A stretch of 25,006 nucleotides of DNA from Minisyncoccia bacterium. GTDB lineage: Bacteria; Patescibacteriota; Minisyncoccia; Phycocordibacterales; PCTT01. The notes below the pieces were generated by a model. That model had not been told where the DNA came from, ran no database searches, and worked only from the letters and a program-made list of their open reading frames with translations. The position numbers were made by a program, and so were the translations under genes. The stretch lies in NCBI GenBank assembly GCA_041601015.1, contig JBFIIZ010000001.1, forward strand, positions 1 to 25,006, given 5' to 3'. Numbering within the stretch: position 1 is the stretch's first letter; every line of letters begins with the position of its first letter. Positions 7,848-16,133 of this stretch are shown here, piece after piece.

Positions 7848-8240
7848 ATGGAGAACACAGATTGTATATTCTGCAAAATAGTAAAAGGTGAAATACCCTC
7901 ACACAAAATATATGAGGATGATAATTATGTAGCTTTCTTAGACATAGAACCACACATAGAAGGGCACACTTTAGTTATACCCAAAAAACACCATAGGTGG
8001 GTATATGACGTAGAAGATATTGGAGGATACTGGGAAGCCGTAAAAAAAGTTACAAACAAGCTTCAAGAAAAATTAAGCCCCTCATTTGTGAGCTATTACA
8101 CTTATGGTATGGATGTACCACACGCACATGTTCATGTGCTTCCAAGAAAAAGTTCCCAAGAAGGCCCAAAACCCAACGATCCCAACTATAACCCAACAAA
8201 CGATGAGCTAAAAAACCTCGCAGAAAAAATTAATTCATAA
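7848..8240 (+). CDS. HIT family nucleotide hydrolase (Hint-like)
   Basis: CIFCKIV N-terminus and HAHVHVLP histidine triad. The start at 7848 (MENTDC) is preferred over 7827. Confidence 0.92.
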   Translation: MENTDCIFCKIVKGEIPSHKIYEDDNYVAFLDIEPHIEGHTLVIPKKHHRWVYDVEDIGGYWEAVKKVTNKLQEKLSPSFVSYYTYGMDVPHAHVHVLPRKSSQEGPKPNDPNYNPTNDELKNLAEKINS

Positions 8241-8276
8241 AAAACCACTCAGCTTAATTCAGTCGAGTGGTTTTTT
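8239..8276. terminator. Bidirectional intrinsic terminator between HIT and pgk
   Basis: AAAAAACCACTC / GAGTGGTTTTTT 12-bp inverted repeat between convergent genes. Confidence 0.85.
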
Positions 8277-8299
8277 ATTTTGTTTGTTTATTTTTGAGT

Positions 8300-9448
8300 C
8301 TATTTTTTCTGCGAACGTATTATTTCTATCCCAGGAAGCGTTTCTTCTAAGAAAAACTCAAGCATTGCTCCACCTGCTGTAGACGTAAAAGTAAAATCTT
8401 CTTCATAATTAATACCGTCATTATCAAGAACGGTAATTGTATCCCCTCCTCCAATTATAGATATAACATTGCTTTCGGCCAAAATTTTTGCAAACTGGAC
8501 CGTTCCGTCTCCATAACCTATTTGATAGTCGCCAAGTGGACCATTCCACAAAACAAAAGCTGACTTATCTACAAGCTCTTGGAGTTCATTAAGTGAGCTT
8601 GGTCCAACATCGACAATATTGCCTTCTTCTGCGGTGCATAATTCTATATCCAACATTTTAGAAGAATTAACGTCACCACAAACAGCGTCAATGGGTATAT
8701 GTAGTTTTGGATTATCTATCATGTCTTCTATTGGGGGTATGTTTGTTGGCACATGTTCATTATGAACAACAATACCTTTGTGTATAAGAAATGGTTTTAC
8801 AAGCGCTCCTGTCACATATACATCATCAGCAATATCCAAAAATTTTCTAATCAAAGGTATTTTTGTACTAAACTTAGCGCCACCAAGAACAAATAAAAAG
8901 GGTTTATCTGGATTAAGAGCCTTTGAAAGATTGTCTAATTCCTCCTTAAATTGAATACCAATATAGGCTGGTAAAAACTCAGGAATACCTACAATAGAAG
9001 CGTGTTCTCTATGGGAAACTGGGAAAGCGTCATTCACATAAATATCCCCATTTTTAGCCAATTTTTCGGAAAAAGATTCTTTGTTTCCAACCTCTCCATC
9101 ATGAAGTCGTGTGTTTTCTAACATTAAAACATCCCCTTCATTCATATTCGATACAGCATCATCAACCTCGTCCCCAACGCAGTCATCCATAAACCTCACG
9201 TCAATAATTTTTGAAAGATACTCGTGAACCGGTTTAAGGGTTGTAAGCTCGTCTCCCCAAATATGTGACACAAGAACAACCTTAGCTCCTTGCTCTCGAA
9301 GATAATTAATTGTAGGTAAGGCCTTTCTAATCCTAAAATCATTTTCAACCTCACCGTCTTTTAAAGGCACATTAAAAGTAGTCCTGAGAAGAACTCTCTT
9401 TCCTCTTAAAAATTTTTCATCTGTGATTAAAGGTAAGTCGTCAAACAT
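8300..9448 (-). CDS. pgk: Phosphoglycerate kinase (divergent)
   Basis: FNVPL, LENTR, YVNDAF..SHREHAS, VLGGAK, WNGPLG, GGGDT and STAGGA motifs; adjacent to tpiA. Confidence 0.93.
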   Translation of the reverse strand: MFDDLPLITDEKFLRGKRVLLRTTFNVPLKDGEVENDFRIRKALPTINYLREQGAKVVLVSHIWGDELTTLKPVHEYLSKIIDVRFMDDCVGDEVDDAVSNMNEGDVLMLENTRLHDGEVGNKESFSEKLAKNGDIYVNDAFPVSHREHASIVGIPEFLPAYIGIQFKEELDNLSKALNPDKPFLFVLGGAKFSTKIPLIRKFLDIADDVYVTGALVKPFLIHKGIVVHNEHVPTNIPPIEDMIDNPKLHIPIDAVCGDVNSSKMLDIELCTAEEGNIVDVGPSSLNELQELVDKSAFVLWNGPLGDYQIGYGDGTVQFAKILAESNVISIIGGGDTITVLDNDGINYEEDFTFTSTAGGAMLEFFLEETLPGIEIIRSQKK

Positions 9449-9449
9449 A

Positions 9450-10223
9450 TTAGGAACGCTCTACAATAATTAAAATATCAGAAAAATGTTTTCCTTCTAG
9501 TGAAGCGCGGCCAATCAAAAATCCATCAATCTCACCGTCCTTAATCAGCTCTTCTGCATTCTCTCTTTCTACAGAACCTCCATAGAGAATATTCACGCGT
9601 GAAGCGATATTTCTTTGAAACATAGACATCAATATTTTTCTTATAAAAAGAGACATTTGGTGCATGTCATGAGGGCTCATTGCGTCTTCTTTGCATTTTC
9701 CTATAGCCCAGATGGGTTCATAAGCAACAATTACATTTTTTATATTTTTCGGAGACACACCAGCAAGACCGCTTCTAAGTTCTTCTGTTATAAATGCAAG
9801 ATAATCTCCATGATCGTCTCTCTCACTCTCTCCAATACACAAAACAGCTTTCATTCCCGATGAAATAACCGCGTCTAATTTATTTTTTACAATTTCATTT
9901 GTCTCGCCTAGAGCCCTTCTCTCTGAGTGTCCAACCAAAACATACTTAACTCCACTGTCTTTAAGTTGTCCCACAGAAACTTCCCCTGTATATGATCCAT
10001 TTTTCTCCCAAAAAACATCCTGAGCGCCAATTGAAATTTTTTCGCCCGAGTAAATCGCCTGTAAGTCACCTAAAAATATAGCAGGTGAACACACCACAGC
10101 ATGAGTTCGTTTTAACTTAACTGCAGTTTTCTTTATTTCTTGGAAAATATGTTCAGCCTCAATTGATGTTTGAGGATTCATTTTCCAGTTAGCTATTACT
10201 AGTTTCTGTTTCTTTTTAGGCAT
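9450..10223 (-). CDS. tpiA: Triosephosphate isomerase
   Basis: NWKMN, GSYTGEVS, GHSERR, AYEPIWAIG and LYGGSV motifs. The start at 10223 (MPKKK) is chosen because a promoter sits 7 nt upstream. Confidence 0.96.
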   Translation of the reverse strand: MPKKKQKLVIANWKMNPQTSIEAEHIFQEIKKTAVKLKRTHAVVCSPAIFLGDLQAIYSGEKISIGAQDVFWEKNGSYTGEVSVGQLKDSGVKYVLVGHSERRALGETNEIVKNKLDAVISSGMKAVLCIGESERDDHGDYLAFITEELRSGLAGVSPKNIKNVIVAYEPIWAIGKCKEDAMSPHDMHQMSLFIRKILMSMFQRNIASRVNILYGGSVERENAEELIKDGEIDGFLIGRASLEGKHFSDILIIVERS

Positions 10224-10230
10224 CGAGTAT

Positions 10231-10239
10231 ATTGTATCA
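10231..10239 (-). promoter_or_regulatory. Extended -10 (TGaTACAAT) 7 nt upstream of the tpiA ATG; predicted leaderless start
   Basis: Minus strand reads TGATACAAT-atactcg-ATG, the same geometry as recJ. Confidence 0.6.
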
Positions 10240-10256
10240 CGCCCCATTAAAGGGCT

Positions 10257-11549
10257 CTATTCGGTCTCATTCCAGCTATTTATTGTATAACCACCACTAG
10301 GACCAGAGTCAAAGAGTAGGTTAATTAGACCTGTCTCATATATAACCTCAGCAGTGTTTCTTAAGTGTATTTTATAGGCCGTGACTTCTTTTATGTTAAT
10401 AGAGTTCTGTAATGACACCTTTCCATAAGGAGCATAAACCAACAAATCCCCCGTGACGGTATTTCTAACCTCAATCGCAGCGTCATCTCCAATAGTAGAT
10501 GCATGATTATTTGTAGAAATAAACAGTACATATGAACCACTACCAGCACCAAAGAACTCTGCGCTGTTTTCAAGGTCTATTATTCCACTTCCACTTTGAT
10601 CTGAGTCATTGTCCGCTATCAGAGCAACGCTTTGACCAGACAATGCACCCGAAACATCAACCTCAGAGGAACCTCGAATGTTTATGTTTCCATCAACCCA
10701 CACATGACCTGTTAGTGTTACATCTGATGCTTGTATCACTAAATCACAATCAATTTTCACAGGCCCAATTGTCTCACTGGTATTTTTTATCTCATACGGA
10801 CAAGGAGAATTAATGATGCCTCCACCAAGTGCTACTTGTTTCCAACTCTCAATCTGCTCATCTGCTATTGGCATTGAACTTGTTGCCTGATCAGGACTAC
10901 CTGGATAAGAAGTTCCCGAAACTATCGTATTTATTATTGTTTGATAATACGCATTAACGTCTATCTCTGAATCCTCTATTGTATTTGCATAAGCAGAACT
11001 CGTGGCATGAATCCCTGTTATATAACCAGATGGGCCAGCAGATATCACAGTACCTTTTATAAGATTATCTCCAGAACCTATTATTGAACCACTTGAGTTC
11101 GCATTCCCTTGTATTGATGAGCTATTATCTAACTGAATACCTCCGTCCCCTGCCTGTATTCCATAATTAAAAGCAATTCCATCTCCCGTCGCCAAAGAGA
11201 TGGTGTTTTTTCTTATCAAATCCGCCTCATCTCCCGTAGAAGAAATTTGTATATCAGAAGGGTTTGTTGTATCAATCTGGGTTGTAGCAAGGGCATCACC
11301 CACATTTAAGGTCTCTGTTGAGCTATAATTCATACTTTGAGAGACTCTCAAGACTGAGTCTTCAACCCCACTTTCAGAAGCAAAAAATGACTGCCTCGAG
11401 CTCTCTGCGTTGGTTATTGCTTGAGTCTCTTTTAAAACAGGTGTTGCTACCCCATAAACAACAATTAAAGAAAAGGACAGCAAAAAAAGCACTGACAACA
11501 TCATCGCGCTTCCTTTCTCTTTTTTATTTTGTAAAAACGTTATATTCAT
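10257..11549 (-). CDS. PilX/GspK-like minor pilin with a large C-terminal beta-rich domain
   Basis: Class III signal KEKG|SAMMLSVLF lacks Glu5, as is typical of PilX/GspK. It has the A.ESGVED motif and is last in the minor pilin cluster. Confidence 0.75.
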   Translation of the reverse strand: MNITFLQNKKEKGSAMMLSVLFLLSFSLIVVYGVATPVLKETQAITNAESSRQSFFASESGVEDSVLRVSQSMNYSSTETLNVGDALATTQIDTTNPSDIQISSTGDEADLIRKNTISLATGDGIAFNYGIQAGDGGIQLDNSSSIQGNANSSGSIIGSGDNLIKGTVISAGPSGYITGIHATSSAYANTIEDSEIDVNAYYQTIINTIVSGTSYPGSPDQATSSMPIADEQIESWKQVALGGGIINSPCPYEIKNTSETIGPVKIDCDLVIQASDVTLTGHVWVDGNINIRGSSEVDVSGALSGQSVALIADNDSDQSGSGIIDLENSAEFFGAGSGSYVLFISTNNHASTIGDDAAIEVRNTVTGDLLVYAPYGKVSLQNSINIKEVTAYKIHLRNTAEVIYETGLINLLFDSGPSGGYTINSWNETE

Positions 11550-12061
11550 TAGTAAGAACCTCTTAATTTAAAAGTGTTATAAAAAACAGAAGACCTTGTC
11601 GATGTACCATGAACACTCTCTATTGTCATTTCTACCCTCACCCCTTCGGAGCCGTTAACTAAAAACTTATTAAAAACAAGATTAGTAATAGTTGTGTCGT
11701 CTTTAGTAAGAAAACCTTCTTCTACACTATCGGTAACAACCTTTAGACGTCCGTTTTCCAGAGAAAAAACAATTGTTGAATCTCCAGAACCAGTGTCTGA
11801 GACAACAGCAAGCGTCCCCGGATGAGAACCGAGCGTACTTAATCCGAGATTTATTTCTCTACCATCTCTTATCTGGTTTGCCAGTCTGTCATAAGAAGAT
11901 AATGCCGAAAAATGAATCGCTCTGGCAGATTTTAGTGTCGCATAAGAGCGAGTAATGCTTATCATTGAGTCTGCAACAATAAAAACAAAGAGTGCTAGTA
12001 TGCCAATATATATAACAAGCTCAATTAATGTAAAACCTTTTTGTTTAGAATGAATATTCAT
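11549..12061 (-). CDS. PilW/GspJ-like minor pilin
   Basis: Prepilin N-methylation motif KQKG|FTLIELVIY; its stop overlaps the next start (TAATG). Confidence 0.85.
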   Translation of the reverse strand: MNIHSKQKGFTLIELVIYIGILALFVFIVADSMISITRSYATLKSARAIHFSALSSYDRLANQIRDGREINLGLSTLGSHPGTLAVVSDTGSGDSTIVFSLENGRLKVVTDSVEEGFLTKDDTTITNLVFNKFLVNGSEGVRVEMTIESVHGTSTRSSVFYNTFKLRGSY

Positions 12062-12062
12062 A

Positions 12063-12551
12063 TTAAAAAATATCTGCGAAATAGTTGGTTACCTCTTTAG
12101 TTGTGGTGCCAGTGCGAGTAGACCAAGACACAGACACAACAACTTTCTTAATCGAGCCATCAAGTGTTCCGCTTATTGCAATGTCATCATTTCCATCTCT
12201 ATAAACATCAAAAACCTCAAAACTTCTTTCAAACTTTCCATCTATATATTCAGAACCAGACACAAAAGATAGACTAGAGCCGCTTTGTTGAACAAAATAA
12301 TCAGCACCCGTAGAAAGCGGGTCAATGTGTGCATCCCAATCAGCGTCTCTTAAAATTCTCACCATCTCAACGCCTTCTTCTAAAAGAAGTGTAGCCTGAA
12401 GTCTCTCTGTATTAGAAAGTGTAGTTCTCACATAAAGGCTATACGCAGCCATAATTCCCATCATGGCCACAAGAAGAATAGATGAGCCTATCACTACCTC
12501 TATTAGAGAAATTCCCTTTTGTTTTTCTTTTTGTATTGCTGTCTTATCCAT
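12063..12551 (-). CDS. PilV/GspI-like minor pilin
   Basis: KQKG|ISLIEVVIG prepilin motif and a C-terminal KKVVVSVSW strand typical of PilV/GspI-like proteins. Confidence 0.85.
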   Translation of the reverse strand: MDKTAIQKEKQKGISLIEVVIGSSILLVAMMGIMAAYSLYVRTTLSNTERLQATLLLEEGVEMVRILRDADWDAHIDPLSTGADYFVQQSGSSLSFVSGSEYIDGKFERSFEVFDVYRDGNDDIAISGTLDGSIKKVVVSVSWSTRTGTTTKEVTNYFADIF

Positions 12552-12552
12552 A

Positions 12553-13041
12553 TTAATCGAACACTTCTATAAGACCTGTTGGTCCAATAAACACATTCTT
12601 GGTTTGACTTGGGTCACTCACCAAAGAAACTGTGGTGGTGCCGTTCTGATTCGTCTTACCCGTGAGTCTTACGAATGTAATTACATCCCCACCATCAGAA
12701 AAGTCATTTTCAGAGATAATCACATTAGTATTAAAATCAAATCTTTTATTGTCTGGGTCTGATTCTGAATAAGTATCTCCCTTGAAAAGAACAACATGTG
12801 TCGTTGTGGCAAACACACCGTAGGAGCTGTCCTCTTTTGACGCAAGCGTTAGTGATCTTGCGTCTTCCAATATCGAGGAAATTCTCAATGCGGTCTTTTC
12901 AAGAGACTCATTGTCTCTTATGTTGCCAAATGACAATATCGTTATAGAGGAAAGTACTGCCAAAACACTTATAACAACAAGAATCTCAACAATAGTCAGA
13001 CCTTTTTTATCATTTAATTCATTTTTAAAGAAGAAATTCAC
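12553..13041 (-). CDS. FimU/GspH-like minor pilin
   Basis: KKG|LTIVEILVV prepilin motif, LEDARSLT and ITFVRLTG; GTG start. Confidence 0.85.
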   Translation of the reverse strand: MNFFFKNELNDKKGLTIVEILVVISVLAVLSSITILSFGNIRDNESLEKTALRISSILEDARSLTLASKEDSSYGVFATTTHVVLFKGDTYSESDPDNKRFDFNTNVIISENDFSDGGDVITFVRLTGKTNQNGTTTVSLVSDPSQTKNVFIGPTGLIEVFD

Positions 13042-13048
13042 AAAAATT

Positions 13049-14269
13049 TTATAATCCGCTGGTGAGAGAATACATAGGGCTAATCATTGATACAGCAAAA
13101 AACCCTACAATAGCGCCTATGAACACCATTAGAAAAGGTTCTATTATAGTGGACATATTTTTGGTCTTTTGGTCTACCTCGTCTTCATAAAAGACAGCAA
13201 CTCTTAGTAACATTTCGGGTAATTTCCCCGTCTCTTCACCAACCGCCATCATTTCATTAACAAGCGCTGGATAATATTCTTCGTTTTCTTGAAAAATAGA
13301 AGACATTGTGGAACCTCTTTGTATTTGTTCCTGTGCGTAAGTCAAAACTTTCTTAAACTTTGTGTTTTGTATCACTTCAGAAGTTATCTCAAGAGCCTTA
13401 ACCACCTCAACCCCAGCAGTAAGAAGAGACGATAGGGTTCTAGAAACTCGGGCTGAATTAGTTTCTTGAACCATAGTGCCAACCACAGGAATCTTCAATA
13501 CTAGAGTGTCAACTATCTTTTTACCTTTTGGTTGCCTTTTAAAAATAACAAAACCTGTAATCAAAGACGCCAATAAAATAAGGGCTAAAATAGTATTATT
13601 TTTCAAAAAATCACTCACAGAAATGATAATTTGAGTAGACATTGGTAAGTCTACGTTTAGCTCCTTAAAAGTTGCTGTAAGGGTTGGAACAATAAATATA
13701 AGCATCAAAGCTCCAACTATAAGCATGGCAATAAGAATAATAGTTGGATACATAAGAGCTCCTCGTATCTTCTTTTTTAGTTTATTTGATTTATCTAGCT
13801 GGCTCGCAACTATTTTCAGTGAGTTTGAAAGATTACCACTCTCCTCTCCAGCGTGAACCATCGAGATAAAAATAGGTGGAAATATTTTTGGAAACCCTTC
13901 TAAACCCTCACTAAATGACACACCTCCTTTTAGTTTTGTATTTATGCTTTGGATTATTTCTTTAAATTTTTTATTTTTTGTTTGTCTCTCCATTACACCA
14001 AGAGCTCTTGCAACAGGAAGTCCTGCTTCAATCATGGAGCCCATATTGTGTGCAAAAGAAATTTTATCTTGCTCTTTTACTCCACCAAAGCTAACGTTTT
14101 TTAGTTTCTTAAATATTCCAAACCTGCCTTCTTCATTAATCTCTCTTGCGTAAACTAATGTTTCTCCATCACTTTTAAGAAAACGATATAATTCGTCTTC
14201 GCTCTTTGCATCTTTCTTATCTTCATAAGTGCTTCCGTCTCTTTTTATAGCTTTGTATTCAAATAACAT
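13049..14269 (-). CDS. pilC: Type IV pilus platform protein PilC (GspF family)
   Basis: AGEESGNL, KIRGALMYP, GEETGKL and IIEPFLMV motifs. The start at 14269 (MLFEYKA) follows directly on the pilB stop. Confidence 0.93.
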   Translation of the reverse strand: MLFEYKAIKRDGSTYEDKKDAKSEDELYRFLKSDGETLVYAREINEEGRFGIFKKLKNVSFGGVKEQDKISFAHNMGSMIEAGLPVARALGVMERQTKNKKFKEIIQSINTKLKGGVSFSEGLEGFPKIFPPIFISMVHAGEESGNLSNSLKIVASQLDKSNKLKKKIRGALMYPTIILIAMLIVGALMLIFIVPTLTATFKELNVDLPMSTQIIISVSDFLKNNTILALILLASLITGFVIFKRQPKGKKIVDTLVLKIPVVGTMVQETNSARVSRTLSSLLTAGVEVVKALEITSEVIQNTKFKKVLTYAQEQIQRGSTMSSIFQENEEYYPALVNEMMAVGEETGKLPEMLLRVAVFYEDEVDQKTKNMSTIIEPFLMVFIGAIVGFFAVSMISPMYSLTSGL

Positions 14270-14270
14270 A

Positions 14271-16034
14271 TTATTCTGAAACAACCCTTAACACTTCCTC
14301 TATTGTCGTAACTCCCTGAGCGGCTTTGAAAATACCATCCTCAAACATAGTAAGCATACCCTCTTTGATTGCTTGTTCCTGAATTGCATCTGAGGTAGCT
14401 CCAGCAATAATCAACTCCTTAATAGGAGCAGACACTTTCATAATCTCATGTATACCAATACGACCACTGTAACCATCTTCACACTCATCTTTACCTTCGA
14501 GTGCTGAGTAAAATGTAATCTTCTCCCAAGTTGCCTTCTTGTCTACTATATTTTCTTCCTTAAGTTCTTTTAAAATTTTATCCAAGTTAACCTTTTTACC
14601 AAGTGCTTCAATTTCTGATTTTTTTAATTTTCTCTTTGTTTTATTGTCACACAATTTTCTAACCAATCTTTGGGCTATAATAGTTTTTACTGTTGAAACC
14701 AGTAAAAACGGCTCAACCTTCATGTCTATTAGACGAGGTATAGCTCCGGCAGCTGAGTTTGTATGTAAAGTAGAAAGCACTAAGTGACCAGTAAGTGCGG
14801 CATTCACCGACAAAGAAGCGGTTTCTGTGTCTCTAATTTCGCCCACCATTATGATGTCTGGATCTTGTCTAACAAGAGATCTAAGACCTGATGAAAAAGT
14901 AAATCCTATTTCAGGTTTTACTTGTGTCTGATTTATCCTAGACATTTGGTATTCAATTGGATCCTCTACTGTAGATATGTTTACATCGGGTACATTCAAA
15001 AGATCCAAATCCGTATACAGAGTTGTTGTTTTACCAGATCCTGTTGGGCCTGTAGTAAGTATCATCCCTGTTTTTTGTTTTGTTGCCCAATGAATCTTAT
15101 CGAGTCCATCTCCGTGGAAACCAAGAGCCTCTAAAGTAAAACCTGAGGTATTCTCTTTCAAAAGACGCATAACAGTTTTCTCCCCATAGTGCGTAGGTAA
15201 AACAGAAACACGAAAGGAAACCTTCTGCCCATCTGTTTCTATTTTAAACCTACCGTCTTGTGGTAATCTTTTCTCATCAAGCTTTAGTTTAGACAAAACT
15301 TTTATACGAGCAGTAATACCGGGCGCCGAACCTTTAGGTAAAATCATCGCATCATGCAATATGCCATCAATTCTATACCTAATGAGTAGTTGTTTTTCCA
15401 TTGGTTCAACGTGTATGTCAGAGGCGTCTTGTAAAATTGCATGCTTAAGCAAAGTATCTAGAATACGAACAACAGGAAGCCCGTCGGCCACTTTTTTGAG
15501 CTCTTCTTCTGACTGTTCTGGCACGTCTGCTTCGGTATCAGAGATTGTAATTCCCATATCTGTTGTCGCTTTTTGAATGATGTCGCCAAACTCTGCCTTT
15601 AAAGATTTTTGATATTGCAAAAGAGCGCTCTTAATAGACTCAGAGTTAGTGAGTCTTGCTGAGATTTTCAGACCAACTTTCTTTTTTATAAAATCAATAG
15701 CGGTGAGGTCATCTACATCAAGCATTGCCACTTCAAGATTTTTTTTGTCGCGAGCAAAAGCAACAATATTATTGTTTCTCGCAATAGGTTCAGGTATTAG
15801 AGATAATATTTCAAAATCAATTTTTCTACCCTGTAGTGAAACAAATGGGATACCCAGCATATGAGCATGTATTCTTCGAAGGTCGTCTTCGCCTAAAACC
15901 CCTTTGTTAACAAGTATTTCTCCAATTTTTTTTCCTTTGTCTTTTGCTTCTTTTTCGACATCAGAAAAATCTTTTTTAGATATTACACCTGAATCTAAAA
16001 TAAATTCTTTTAATTTTTTCTCTGATATGTGCAT
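14271..16034 (-). CDS. pilB: Type IV pilus assembly ATPase PilB (GspE family)
   Basis: ASDIHVEP, RLPQDGR, Walker A GPTGSGKTT, TVEDPIE, RQDPDIIMVGEIRD, TGHLVLSTLHTN and EEVLRV motifs. Confidence 0.95.
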   Translation of the reverse strand: MHISEKKLKEFILDSGVISKKDFSDVEKEAKDKGKKIGEILVNKGVLGEDDLRRIHAHMLGIPFVSLQGRKIDFEILSLIPEPIARNNNIVAFARDKKNLEVAMLDVDDLTAIDFIKKKVGLKISARLTNSESIKSALLQYQKSLKAEFGDIIQKATTDMGITISDTEADVPEQSEEELKKVADGLPVVRILDTLLKHAILQDASDIHVEPMEKQLLIRYRIDGILHDAMILPKGSAPGITARIKVLSKLKLDEKRLPQDGRFKIETDGQKVSFRVSVLPTHYGEKTVMRLLKENTSGFTLEALGFHGDGLDKIHWATKQKTGMILTTGPTGSGKTTTLYTDLDLLNVPDVNISTVEDPIEYQMSRINQTQVKPEIGFTFSSGLRSLVRQDPDIIMVGEIRDTETASLSVNAALTGHLVLSTLHTNSAAGAIPRLIDMKVEPFLLVSTVKTIIAQRLVRKLCDNKTKRKLKKSEIEALGKKVNLDKILKELKEENIVDKKATWEKITFYSALEGKDECEDGYSGRIGIHEIMKVSAPIKELIIAGATSDAIQEQAIKEGMLTMFEDGIFKAAQGVTTIEEVLRVVSE

Positions 16035-16068
16035 ACAACAAGTACCCCGCCGTCACGGTGTTTACTTA

Positions 16069-16077
16069 ATTTTAGCA
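16069..16077 (-). promoter_or_regulatory. Extended -10 (TGcTAAAAT) for the pilB operon
   Basis: Minus strand reads TGCTAAAAT, about 35 nt upstream of the pilB ATG and just downstream of the terminator. Confidence 0.55.
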
Positions 16078-16087
16078 AATAACAGCC

Positions 16088-16123
16088 AAACAAAAAGCCA
16101 TCTCTGTGGACGGCTTTTTGTTT
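16088..16123 (-). terminator. Intrinsic terminator after the giant surface-protein gene
   Basis: AAACAAAAAGCC/GGCTTTTTGTTT inverted repeat. The one internal mismatch becomes a G-U pair on the minus strand, which supports that orientation. Confidence 0.8.
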
Positions 16124-16133
16124 TAGTTATTTT

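Noticed and set aside
10241-10255. Terminator between the pilus operon and tpiA
   Set aside because: Only a 4-bp GCCC/GGGC stem with no U-tract.
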